The notes under the pieces are model-generated. The model was not told where the DNA came from and searched no databases. It saw only the letters and a program-made list of their open reading frames with translations. A DNA stretch of 64,000 nt from Anthoceros angustus (taxonomy: Eukaryota; Plantae; Anthocerotophyta). Shown here one piece after another: positions 13,237 to 24,906 of this stretch (position 1 is its first letter; the number at the start of each line of letters is the position of its first letter). The DNA lies in the NCBI GenBank assembly GCA_010909165.1, contig MU008227.1, positions 1 through 64,000 on the forward strand, written 5' to 3'. The position numbers and the translations under genes were made by a program.

Positions 13237-13399
13237 ATCAGGCGACGAAGCCGACATATCTGGCGGGGAGGGACTCGAGTCAGGCGAGGAATGATCGGAA
13301 TATGTGCCTTGTTCCGTAACGGGTTTGCAAGGTGCCTTGTCCACAGCCACTCGGAGGAAGCAACTTTGGTTCATTTTGTAGGTTCGCGTCCATGATCGT

Positions 13400-14796
13400 G
13401 TGCCCGTCGGCAAATGACTAGTCCTCTAAGGCCGGTCGCGATTAAAACTTTGAAGAAGTGAGTCCTCTGATTGGCATCGAGAAAGTCATTCACGTTGGGC
13501 GCCTGCCGCTGCCACGGACAAGTCCCTTGGGCGGACGTGGGCGCCCGGCGCCCGGATCAGCGGTTCTTCCGTTCGGCGCCGCCCTATCTTGTTGTTCAAA
13601 ACCTCGTCCACCATGTGCATATATGGGTGTATAGCAAGAGTATACATATGTGCATTCCCTCAAAGGGGCCCCGGTGGGTGCCGTGGTCATTAAGCGGATC
13701 CTAATCGTATCGCATGGTCTAAGGACATGGGCATCGTTTCTAGCAAAAACAATGCTCGTGATTTGGCGGACCCTTCACTGTCTGGATGTGTGCCGTCAGC
13801 ATGTCTCGTGACCTTACATGCCATCTTCTGCGGTGTATGCTCAAATATGGCACTGTCGATACCCATCGAAAACCTGTTTGCATATATTCAAGCGCTTCAT
13901 GTATATTCAGCCGCTTCAAATATTATGGTGTTTAACCATGCAAACAGGCTCACCTGAGTAAAGCTTGTTAAGGATGTCGGCTCTACAGGCGTCCCCGAAC
14001 TCTTCATCAGCACATGGTTGTGACCTCCAACTTGGGCTACCATCGCACACCGCTTGGCAAGAAGTTACTCCGATTTTCATTGAATTGGTGGTGGATTCAT
14101 CTTTATCAAACTCCACATCAAAGTCATCATACCCAAGTGGATCCGTCGACACTGGGGGCTTACACGGAGAAGTTGGGAGCTTGCGCAAGTGGGGCAGGTT
14201 CGGCACTCCATTGTCTACACTCTAGCTCCTGGAAGGTGTTGAAGGCCATTCGGTCTCTCTCCAACGGCAAGGGGCTTCATCACAGGCCACTTCATTATCT
14301 GATAGGTAGAGGTCCCCATTGGCAAGATATCGAGGGGGACGGGCTCGAGAAACAACGACACCAACACCGGCTTCATCAACAACTAATGACAACAAGCAAC
14401 GGCATTAGGAGAAGGCATTAATACAAGGATTTTTTTTGTAATTATGAAGTACCAAAATAATGTATTTTAAGGAACTCACCTTTGGAAGGAGGAGCTCCCA
14501 GATTTTTTACAACAACAATTTCAGATCTGACAATTCTGGTCTGCACATTGAGGGATTCAAATATGGCATCGGCATCTTCGGCTTCATCAGCAACGAAATA
14601 CACTGGGCTTCCCGGATTTCTAACAGACGAGTTGCGGAACATCGTGGAGCGGCATCTGTCGACGGGCGGTGAAATTGTGGCTCGGCCACAGCCATCGGCA
14701 GCGTCGCGATAAACTAAGGCACGCTCGTGCGCCGCATGGGTGCTGAGCTCAGAGCGTTCACGGCGCGGGCCGCGGTTGAACCTCCTCGGGCGCCAT
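13400..14796 (-). pseudogene. Three-exon gene of unknown function, with indels
   Basis: ATG at 14796. Intron 14479-14383 (AAG|GTGAGT...CATTAG|, 97 nt) gives in-frame PSK-V-VDEAG. Intron 13953-13853 (CAG|GTGAGC...GACAG|, 101 nt) gives in-frame LYS-V-PYLSIHRRRWH. Both introns are AT-rich. Confidence 0.6.
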
Positions 14797-15215
14797 CTAC
14801 GGGTCTTTGGCGGGTGCTCGCGCGAGATCTTGGCTGCACCGGCAACGATGGGTTATGACCGTGGTGTGCGGTGACGACCGGCTGCCTTGAGCCCACCAAT
14901 GGGCGTTTATGGGCAGTTATATTTGGATAAGCCTATTTTCGGCTTATCTTGCCCCCCTATTATTCATTTTATTTTTTTATTTAGCCATTTTCTGGTTATT
15001 TGTTTATCTAGCTTTGATTAAGCCTATTTTCCCTTGCTATTTCAGCACTTAGTTTAGGCTTATTTTCTCTTGGGTTATTAAACTATTAAGTTAAGTTTTG
15101 CTATATAAGCTTAAGTTTTTAAGACATTTTCTTAGGCTGATAACTTTTGTTTTAATGGGAGCCTACGTGTGTTTTAGGCCTCATTTTAAAGCTAGTCTTC
15201 ACCCCTGCATTCATA

Positions 15216-15494
15216 GTGAGTGGGAGTGATGAAATATATATAGTTTAGGGCACTATTCATTAGGGCACCTTTACTTAAACATCAATTTAGATCTAGGGCA
15301 TAAAGTAGTTACTTAATTAGTTGCTCTAGGTAGTTAGTTGTTATATTAGTTGCAACTACCTAGTGGTTACAACAACTTATGGTTGTAACCACTTAACCAC
15401 CTAACCACCTAGCCTATATAAAGGCTTGTACTCTTTACTTTCTTAATTCAATTGTATTGTAGCACTTCTGCCTAAGAGCTATTGATTCTCATCA
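15216..15494 (+). mobile_element. PPT plus a 268-bp LTR (3' end of an LTR element)
   Basis: GTGAGTGGGAG then TGATGA (15227) ... CTATATAAAGG ... TCATCA (15494): TG..CA with a 6-bp terminal inverted repeat. Confidence 0.75.
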
Positions 15495-16685
15495 CAACCT
15501 ATCGGCGTAGGTAGGCAACCTACCGGCGTAGGTATTGTGTTCTTTTGACAGACCTGAGACTAATAAGAAGAAAACGCCTCGACTGAGCGCTCCTCCCAGG
15601 CCATGAATTTTTCAGAACGGGAGAGCGGCGCCTCTGATCTGTGTGCGCGAAGATTAAAGCGGCTTAAACACTGTTTATGATATGTAGGTCCACCATTGGT
15701 AGGAAGCAAGCGAAGACCCGTCGCTCATAGACATAGTGCTATCAGAACTTCACAGTTAAGCGCTCTATACTTTGATCAATATCGAGATGGGGCACACGAG
15801 TTACGGATCGATGTCGAGATGGGGAGCTGCACGAGTTACGGATCGATGTCGAGATGGGGAGCACGAGTTACCGGATCGATGTCGAGATGGGGAGCACGCG
15901 AGTTACGGATCGATGTCGAGATGGGGAGCCGCGAGTTACGGATCGATGTCGAGATGGGGAGCCACAGAGTCATTTGGTTGCACGGCACGGTCCTTGGTTG
16001 GATTCTGATATCATCTATTTTTTTTTCCTTTTAGAAATTCTATTTTCTAATTAAGAACTCTAGATTAGGCTAGCATTTCAGACTACCTAAAAGAGTATTT
16101 TAACAATGCAAACCTTTCGATCTAGATTTGCTTGCTTTTAACTTATGCGAATTCTAAACTATTTGCTTTTAATAAAGAACACTTAGATTGACGAGACACA
16201 AATCTAGAGCCCTTGCAGCCCATCATGTTCTTGAGAACCTGTTTCTTTATACAGAAAATGATCACAAACACTGAAGACTCACATCTTGGATTATTGAAAT
16301 CCTCAATGATCTTTTGAAGTGAATTTTCTTATCTTTTTTTTTCTTTTATAAGATGTATATCTAGGACCATTGGAGTCCCTCATACTCTTCAGAAAAGCAC
16401 AAATCTAATTTAATATGTTATTTCCTTTCCTCTCTACTATCAGAAACAAGGAAGAAATAACTAGCAAGTCCATGGAGGATCATTGCTCTGATACCAAGTT
16501 AGAGATGCCATGCGGAAGCGATTGCCTAGAACATGCTTTCTAGCAACTATATTAAGAGTTATATTTAAGGGTCCATAGGTAGGCCTTTTATAGCGGTTTT
16601 ACGAAGGGGTGTGTCCTTTCAATTAGCCTATTAGTTAATTAACTACTATTTATAACTAGGTCTAGTTAGACTAACCAAAGTAACA
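15495..16685 (-). mobile_element. LTR element C: ~188-bp 5' LTR, tRNA-Met PBS and non-coding leader; no gag seen
   Basis: Minus-strand TGTTAC at 16685, CTATAAAAGG TATA box, and TGGTATCAGAGC PBS at 16496-16485. Confidence 0.75.
15781..15962. repeat. Tandem repeat, ~33-34-bp unit, about 6 copies (GATCGATGTCGAGATGGGGAGC..ACGAGTTACG)
   Basis: Six occurrences of TCGAGATGGGG at regular spacing with no unique spacers. Confidence 0.9.
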
Positions 16686-16689
16686 CAGA

Positions 16690-17671
16690 ATCACGTGGTC
16701 TGCCTTATTTCCAACTATGCATGCCTCGTTTTTGACAGCTTGGCCAGGAAAATTCTTACACCGACATTTACAATGCGCTTGCACTATTTATAACTCGATA
16801 AATTTGTATAACATTTTACAATGTATTTGCAATGAACATGCCACATCAGCAATTTCACTAATATATAACCTCATTAATGACATAAATCAGGAAAAGGTCT
16901 CTTCCACATATTTACAACGGCATTTGCGACAAGCATGCCACATCAGCAATGTTACTAATATATAACCTCATAAATTACATAAACAAGGAAAAGGTCTCTT
17001 CCACAATTTTATAACAGCATTTGCGACAAACATGCCACATCAGCAAATAATATATTTATTCATGGATATTGGCACATAGTGACATAATTCATGAAAAAAT
17101 CCGGCTTCTTCATTTTACAACCATAGTTACGACGCATGTGCCACGTCAATAAATATACAATAAAAATTAGTAATTCTATAATATAACATAAATCCAAGAA
17201 AATATTTTATAAAAATATTTGTAATAAATTTGCTATGTCAGAAAAAACATTTATTTATAGATATTATAAATTTATTTATAGATATACAACCACATCTACA
17301 ACAAACATTTTTACAAGTACCGTTTACAACATCCTTTACAAACAACATGCCATGTCATTATATATTCAATAAAATGTAGTTTTATTAACAAATAACCTCC
17401 CCTAGTTTTCTAAATCAAAAAGAGTTTATGCATAATTAACAACGTCATGTACAACGAGCAAGCCATGTCAACAAACCCCTGTTGTAAAATCCGTACCAAC
17501 ATGCCATGTCAACAAACCCCTGTAAAATCTGTGCCACATCATATTAATTAGGAACCCTTGTTGTAAATGTTCGAAAAACTTACAACAGGGCTTTGATCTG
17601 TAATAAGAGTGTTGTAGTTTCCTCTAACTAAACGTAGACCCATTTGTAAAAAGTAGCCCCTCCTTGTAGTG
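16690..17671. mobile_element. CACTA (En/Spm) transposon terminus with subterminal repeats
   Basis: CCTTGTAGTG at 17662-17671 (reverse complement CACTACAAGG); repeated TTACAAC(A/G)GG / CCCTGTTGTAA motifs in both orientations; ~100-bp duplications of ATGCCACATCAGCA. The other end was not found. Confidence 0.7.
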
Positions 17672-17931
17672 TACGTGGTCGCTCGCTCTGTCTTTGTGCA
17701 AGTAGCGACTGGCGGACCTCGCTCTTTTTCAGAGGAAGGCCACACCACTTCATGTTCCATTCCTCCGTCACCATCAAGGATTGGAATTCGACGACTAGCC
17801 ATTCGTCACCGCCGCCACCGTGGGCAGACATTCTACATATGTTGAAAGCAATTTTGGTTTAGCAGTACTTGGCGGTTTCGACGACGATCATGACCTTCCT
17901 GTTGAGCATGAAGATGTTGTGGATGTAGTGG

Positions 17932-18197
17932 AAAATCCTCCTCGGCCTCATCCGGTGGGAGATACATCTCCACATTACCTTGTCCGATCGCGAGAAAGAA
18001 GGCCAAGCAAACAATGGTGGGAAATCCTCCTCCGCCTCATCCAGTGGGAGATACATCTCCACATTACCTTGTCCGGTCGCGAGAAAGAAGGCCAAGAGAA
18101 CAATGGTGGGAAATCCTCCTCGGCCTCATCCAATGGGAGATACATCTCCACATTACCTTGTCCAATCGCGAGAAAGAAGGCCAAGGAAACAATGGTC
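17932..18197 (+). repeat. 89-bp tandem repeat x3 inside a protein-like remnant
   Basis: Units start at ~17932, 18021 and 18110 and translate as NPPRPHPVGDTSPHYLVRSRERRP..QWW. Confidence 0.9.
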
Positions 18198-21100
18198 TAA
18201 ACCAGATGTCCATGGTCCATATGGTGCACATTGTCAGGTCTCCATCGACGATGAATACAATACGATGGGAAAAACCCTTATGGAATCCTGCTCCTAGAAC
18301 ATCGTATGCGGGAAGAACAAATGCGGAAAACATCGTATGCGGGGAAGAGAAAAAATCACGGGAAGAACATCATGTAGGAAGAACAAATGGGAAGAACAAC
18401 GCATGCAAGAAGAACAAATGCGGAAGAGCAAATGAAGAAGCTTCTCCTTAATCTTTGTACTCTTCTTGTGCAAAAAAATACGTCTTATTATTTATAATAT
18501 TTTTCATTTATGACACTTCACTTCTCCTTAATGCTTAATTTTCTTACTTTCGTGCAATGTCATAGCTGCCAACTACTTGCTGGGCAGGGCAGGCTCTCAT
18601 CACCGTGCACAGGGTAGACCACAGCAGAGCAGTCTAGAGAACATGGTGTTCTTACCTCCGTACTAGATCATAGCTGTAGTAGTTTCTAGAGGTACATAGA
18701 CGGACTGTTAACAGCACTAGACCAGGTGCTTTCCATGCCACGTTTGATGGTGGTGGGGACTCTCCTAAGCTCTCTGGCCTTTTTCTTCCCTATGCTATTT
18801 CACGCATTATTCCACTTAGGGCCAAGCAAGGGCTTGATGGAAAGCTCATGCCTTGGCACTCCTCACCTAACCAGGATCAATTGATGGATGATCATGGCGC
18901 GAAAAAATAAAACAACTAAACTTCTAAAAATAGCCTTCGAAGGGGCGCTCGTTCTGGGGTTAACACTAAGGTGACAAAATTGTCGGGGCCTAAGGAATTT
19001 CAGACATGCACAGGCCAAACAGACGTCAAGCTATTGCTGATAATGTGCAACCAAACTTCATTGTCCAGTTAGTATGACACCAAGATTCAGTCACCAGCAG
19101 TATATCAGGCCTGCCTAAACACTTTGCTGTCTTGTTAGTATGTCCACAAGATTCAATCATTAAATCATCCGCAGTATATCCTGCTTGTTTAGATAGGATG
19201 ACCAAACTTCCACCAGCTGCCGTTCATTCAGCATGCGTGCCACAGACAATGAGAGGTTAGACTTGCTCAGATATGAAGGCTCCAGCAATTCAAGAGCCTG
19301 GAGATCTACTAGCTCTTCCAGCAGCCTGCAACCACAGCTAGTAGAACACATGGGCCAAGTGTTAGAGGCACACACACTACATCACGTAGGGAACTCATGA
19401 CCAAGAGGTACTCACTGTGCTTACATTGCTTGTGTTACTTACAATTCCTAGCCATTCTTAGAGGCCCTTGAGGATCAAAATATTAAGCTTGCCATTGCTG
19501 CTGCAGCTGTCCGTGGGTATTCAAAACAGAATTATCCAGAGATCTTACTCTGTAAGGCATTTTGCCTAGTCTTGAAAAGTCTCCTCTCCAGCATCTTCAC
19601 AGCCTAATCAAACTGGCTTGGAACTCTCCCATCTAACAGTACCCATGACAGAAGGCTCAAGGGTGCTGAATGTCGGGATTTAGGGCCTAGAAAGCCCCCT
19701 ACACAGAAGGCCCTAGAGCCACCTGAATGCTTGCTCAAGGTAGCAGCAATCCACCGCCCCTTGCCGGAGTCGCTTGCCAAAAACAACATCTGGCAGTAAT
19801 CCTCCGGATATAGAAACAAGTTTCCGGGTCGTTTCTCACAGCATAATTAAACTCTCAATCGCGAGAAAGAAGGCCAAGGAAACAATGGTCTAAACCAGAT
19901 GTCCATGGTCCATATGGTGCACATTGTCAGGTCTCCATCGACGATGAATACAATACGATGGGAAAAACCCTTATGGAATCCTGCTCCTAGAACATCGTAT
20001 GCAGGAAGAACAAATGCGGGAAGAACATCGTATGCAGGAAGAAAAAATGCGGGAAGAACATCGCATGTAGGAAGAACAAATGCGGGAAGAACAACGCATG
20101 CAAGAAGAACAAATGCGGGAAGAGCAAATGAAGAAGCTTCTCCTTAATCTTTGTACTCTTCTTGTGCAAAAAATACGTCTTATTATTTATAATATTTTTC
20201 ATTTATGACACTTCACTTCTCCTTAATGCTTAATTTTCTTACTTTCGTGCAATGTCATAGCTGCCAACTACTTGCTGGGCAGGGCAGGCTCTCATCACCG
20301 TGCACAGGGTAGACCACAGCAGAGCAGTCTAGAGAACATGGTGTTCTTACCTCCGTACTAGATCATAGCTGTAGTAGTTTCTAGAGGTACATAGACGGAC
20401 TGTTAACAGCACTAGACCAGGTGCTTTCCATGCCACGTTTGATGTAGGTGGGGACCTCTCCTAAGCTCTCTAGCCTTTTTCTTCCCGCTATGCTATTTCA
20501 CGCATTATTCCACTTAGGGCCAAGCAAGGGCTTGATGGAAAGCTCATACCTTGGCACTCCTCACCTAACCAGGATCAATTGATGGATGATCATGGCGCGA
20601 GAAAAAAAATAAAACAACTAAACTTCTCAAAAAATAGCCTTCGAAGGGGGCGCTCGTTCTGGGGTTAACACTAAGGTGACAAGAATTGTCGGGGCCTAAG
20701 GAATTTCAGACATGCACAGGCCAAACAGACGTCAAGCTATTGCTGATAATGTGCAACCAAACTTCATTGTCCAGTTAGTATGACACCAAGATTCAGTCAC
20801 CCAGCAGTATATCAGGCCTGCCTAAACACTTTGCTGTCTTGTTAGTATGTCCACAAGATTCAATCATTAAATCATCCGCAGTATATCCTGCTTGTTTAGA
20901 TAGGATGACCAAACTTCCACCAGCTGCCGTTCATTCAGCATGCGTGCCACAGACAATGAGAGGTTAGACTTGCTCAGATATGAAGGCTCCAGCAATTCAA
21001 GAGCCTGGAGATCTACTAGCCTGCAACCACAGCTAGTAGAACACATGGGCCAAGTGTTAGAGGCACACACACTACATCACGTAGGGAACTCATGACCAAG

Positions 21101-21555
21101 AGGTACTCACTGTGCTTACATTGCTTGTGTTACTTACAATTCCTAGCCATTCTTAGAGGCCCTTGAGGATCAAAATATTAAGCTGCTCATTGCTGCTGCA
21201 GCTGTCCGTGGGTATTCGAAACAGAATTATCCAGAAGATCTTACTCTGTAAGGCATTTGCCTAGTCTTGAAAAGTCTCCTCTCCAGCATCTTCACAGCTA
21301 ATCAAACTGGCTTGGAACTCTCCCCATCTAACAGTACCCATACAGAAGGCTCAAGAGATTGCTGAATGTCGGGATTTAGGGCCTAGAAAGCCCCCTACAC
21401 AGAAGGCCCTAGAGCCACCTGAATGCTTGCTCAAAGGTAGCAGCAATCCACCGCCCCTTGCCGGAGTCGCTTGCCAAAAAACAACATCTGGCAGTAATCC
21501 TCGGATATAGAAACAAGTTTCCCGGGTCGTTTCTCACAGCATAATTAAACTCTCA
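18163..21555. repeat. ~1.7-kb direct tandem duplication (18163-19857 and 19856-21555)
   Basis: The two copies are near identical over their length, differing mostly by 1-13-bp indels. Junction ACTCTCA|ATCGCGAGAAAG. Confidence 0.95.
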
Positions 21556-22194
21556 GTATCGTGCCTGAAGGGCTTCACTAAGCCCTCTCAAAGGAGCCAA
21601 TTCTAGCCATAAAATGTGCGGCATCTTCATTCTACACCTCTGCTAAGAATCACTGTTGGAGACATACATGCACGTTGCGACCAGTAGAGAACCACCGTTG
21701 AGTACGTCTAAGTTTCACCCTTTTCTCCCATACGAGGGTTTTGAATAGGTTGGCCTGAGACCCTAATTCCACCACCCGCCTTCAGAAAGTCTGCCAACCA
21801 TAAAACTTCAAGTACTGATTGTCGCAGATGAAAATCCATGCGCCGACGACTATCTCCTAGGATCTGTAGGTGTGGAACAGCAGCAAATTATCCGAAATAC
21901 ACGCAATGTGAAAGAGCTTGACCATCTCTCCACTGAGATTGGACAAACACCCCATATTGAAGCTGTTCATGAACGCCTACTACAAGCTCAGACTGGCAGA
22001 TCATCACTGTCCCACAAGCTAACCACTTTTCACTAGCTGTCAGCCATCACAAACGGTATCTACATTTGAGGTCCTTTCGTGCTTCAGAGACCATTTCCTG
22101 CTAAGGAAGGTGACATTCACCTGCATTTGCCTTTATCTCAGATGCTTGGACTACAACAGCAATTCTCAAGACAAACTTCACCTAGTTTCAGCGG

Positions 22195-24573
22195 TCAAAA
22201 CTGGGAATTACCAGATGGACCCAGACCAGGGGAAGCAACGGGCATTGCGTGAGGTTGAAACACTGGGGACTGCGACCTCAATGGAATACGAGGTCGGCTC
22301 TCCTTGTTGGCTTCTCGTGGAAGTTTTATCCTAAAATCCTGCTGCCTCAAAGGAAGCCGTGGGGGCAGACTCTGAGCGGACTCTTTCAGCGCAGGCATCT
22401 TCGCATCCAGAGTAAGCGGACCACCGTAGAAGATGCACGTCCCGTTGAACCGAAGAGTGTCTGAATCGGTCGGTCCTGGGGAGGCAGTTCGGGCACCTGG
22501 CCTTGAAGGACTAGCCTGCGAGGAAGAGAAATTCTCCGAGGCAAAATCGGACGACACTGGCTCATCTGAAACAGACGGTGAAGCGGATGGATCAGGCCAA
22601 GCCAACCTTGACCTTGAAAATATCGAGGTACCACATACCCTGCCACTGCTCACCGATGTGCCAGCTCTTGAAGTAATCTTTGTAGCGTCAACAGAAGAAT
22701 CCCCAGTGGTATTCCAACTTCCCTTCGTCTCCACCTGAGATGCTTTAGCTAGATCATGATGCTGCTGTGGTGCCAGATCATCGGCACTCTCGCCACTTGA
22801 TGCCTCATAACCATCACTTGCAGCAGTTAAGTCCACCCACGAACTACCCTCTGCACCGAACATAGAAGACCCTGTAGTGTCAGGAGTAGGTTGCTTCTGC
22901 TTGGTAGACGAAGCAAGAACCATCAAAGACAAAGGCACGGCTTCCTGCTGACTACTTAAGTTTGGCGCCGACAGGACCAGACTGCTATAGGGCACAGATC
23001 TCTCTGTGGTCCGAAGAGGGCTCAACGTCAGGTCATTAGCACCAGAAAGTGGGCTGTTCACAACACTTCTAGGGTGCTCAAATGCAGAATTCCAGTCGCC
23101 CCTGCTCATATGAGAAGAAGTCCAGACCGATTGGGATGAATGGCACGAGGTCTCCTCGTTTGCGTCTTTGACTGTCACACGATGGTCATGACTTGTGCTG
23201 CTTACCCTACTCAAATTGCCACTGGAGCTGCACTCTAACTGCCCTTTTCCTGCATCCCGACTCGCTACGTACCGCAGGACGGACGAGTTCTCCCTAGCTT
23301 TGACAGCCGCCCGCGCGGCCTCATCGGCGTTGAGTTTTGCCAGCTTCCATGCACTGATGCGGACGGGCCGCTTTTGCAGCCGTAGCTCCCGCCCGATTAC
23401 GTTGCTTAGAGCATCAGGATCCACCGTAGAAGGAATTCTGCCTGAACCAAGATGTGGCACCACCTCGTCCTGATGCTCTACAAAAATCTTGGGTGGTGTA
23501 CACCAAGCACCCCTGTTGTGGAGACCTAACGAGCTCGAGCCACTGAGAGCAGTGGCAGTTGAACTGGCTGGAGTAGATGGTATGCTAGGAACATCCCCTT
23601 CGACGGAGTCTCCCTGGGCATCTGCCTGTGCTCTCATTGCAATCACATACTCATAGGTGGAGATGCCCTTGCGGATGAGAATAATGTGAAAGAAGAGAAG
23701 CTCTCCTAATGGAATGGAGGCGACGAAAGACACAGCAGCGCAGATAGCAACAAGGACAGCAAATGGCGGCCTGGAAAAGCTGTTGCCAAGCTTCTCCACA
23801 ATCTGATGCTCAATACCACGTCTGTCCACGAAGCAACGCACTAATACTGCAGTTCCAATGCCCCACTGAAGATTAAGCAAGACTAGACTGGTCGACATGA
23901 GGGCCACAAAGGTCGCGTAGTTCCTCTTGCCGACGCAGTTGTTGAGCCATCGACAATGGTGGTCGAACCCATCGACACACTTGTCGCAGCTGCGGCAATG
24001 CTTGCTATGTTTTCGGACCTCCGCATTGCACAGGGTGCAGAACAAGATGTCCTCGTCAGCAACAGGCTGCTGCGAAGAGGAGCGGCCGTTACAGTTGTCG
24101 GGACAGACCAGCCAAGTGCACAGCAGGCAGGGCAGACCGGTAAGAAAAAGATATCTACGTCGCGGCTGGGCGGCTGAGGATGTGAGGTCGCCAGCGGGCA
24201 GAACATCCCAACCATAGCTAACACGCTGAGCCGGCTCTCCGAAGGCTTTGGTCCGAGAGGAAGATGACAGGGAATGCTGGGGTGAACGGCGGGCAACCTC
24301 GGCAGGCAACTTCAAGTCAGACTTAAAAGGAGGAGAGACGAACCTGGCTAAGACACCAGGATCAGCAGGATCGATAGCAGAACAGCGGACATAGAGGAGG
24401 AAGACACTGGCAGCAAGGAAGGAGTAAAGTATGACGGCAGCGTACTCCACATACTTACTGCCAAGGAAGGGCGCCAGGAAGACGTAGAATCCAACAGCCA
24501 GCAAGAAGAAAGCCGTGATGGCCACAACCTGGAACGGGTGGGCCGGGAGCTGCCACCCATGGCGGCGCACCAT
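22195..24573 (-). CDS. DHHC protein S-acyltransferase (palmitoyltransferase), plant PAT19-22-like clade, 792 aa, single exon
   Basis: Uninterrupted ORF from ATG 24573 (MVRRHGWQLPAHPFQVVAI); Cys-rich DHHC domain FCTLC...HCRSCDKCVDGFDHHCRWLNNCVGKRNY; four hydrophobic segments; STYEY motif; RISAWKLAKL and long Ser-rich tail. Confidence 0.97.
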   Translation of the reverse strand: MVRRHGWQLPAHPFQVVAITAFFLLAVGFYVFLAPFLGSKYVEYAAVILYSFLAASVFLLYVRCSAIDPADPGVLARFVSPPFKSDLKLPAEVARRSPQHSLSSSSRTKAFGEPAQRVSYGWDVLPAGDLTSSAAQPRRRYLFLTGLPCLLCTWLVCPDNCNGRSSSQQPVADEDILFCTLCNAEVRKHSKHCRSCDKCVDGFDHHCRWLNNCVGKRNYATFVALMSTSLVLLNLQWGIGTAVLVRCFVDRRGIEHQIVEKLGNSFSRPPFAVLVAICAAVSFVASIPLGELLFFHIILIRKGISTYEYVIAMRAQADAQGDSVEGDVPSIPSTPASSTATALSGSSSLGLHNRGAWCTPPKIFVEHQDEVVPHLGSGRIPSTVDPDALSNVIGRELRLQKRPVRISAWKLAKLNADEAARAAVKARENSSVLRYVASRDAGKGQLECSSSGNLSRVSSTSHDHRVTVKDANEETSCHSSQSVWTSSHMSRGDWNSAFEHPRSVVNSPLSGANDLTLSPLRTTERSVPYSSLVLSAPNLSSQQEAVPLSLMVLASSTKQKQPTPDTTGSSMFGAEGSSWVDLTAASDGYEASSGESADDLAPQQHHDLAKASQVETKGSWNTTGDSSVDATKITSRAGTSVSSGRVCGTSIFSRSRLAWPDPSASPSVSDEPVSSDFASENFSSSQASPSRPGARTASPGPTDSDTLRFNGTCIFYGGPLTLDAKMPALKESAQSLPPRLPLRQQDFRIKLPREANKESRPRIPLRSQSPVFQPHAMPVASPGLGPSGNSQF

Positions 24574-24906
24574 CGCTAGCAAGACGCCCTGCCCTTCAAG
24601 AGCGAGAAGAACATAGACTCGCTAAGAGCGGAGAAGTCGCCTCGCTAAAAAACCGAAAAGCGTCGAAACAGACAGCACGAAAATTGTCCGACCACTGCGG
24701 TATTATTCTGTTTCAAATATAATTTAGGCGTATACGCATACACACTTGGTAAGAATGTGTTGGAGATTTAGAATGGGCACCTAATAAGCTCGAGTATCCA
24801 ACGGCCTATTAAGAAATGAATTCAAAAAATTAAGAATAAAGATTACTTAGATAACAGTACACTATATAATAAATATTAAAATAATTATGACTTAAATTAA
24901 AACTTT

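Noticed and set aside
15781-15962. CRISPR-like array
   Set aside because: The units are contiguous with no unique spacers, there are no cas genes, and the context is a eukaryotic TE leader.
17611-17619. CACTA terminus at GTTGTAGTT
   Set aside because: A better terminal repeat (CCTTGTAGTG) lies at 17662-17671; this one is treated as a subterminal copy.
24574-24582. PAT start at 24582 as in the ORF track (MLAM...)
   Set aside because: That start is a TTG; the ATG at 24573 matches the conserved MVR(R/K)HGWQLP N-terminus.
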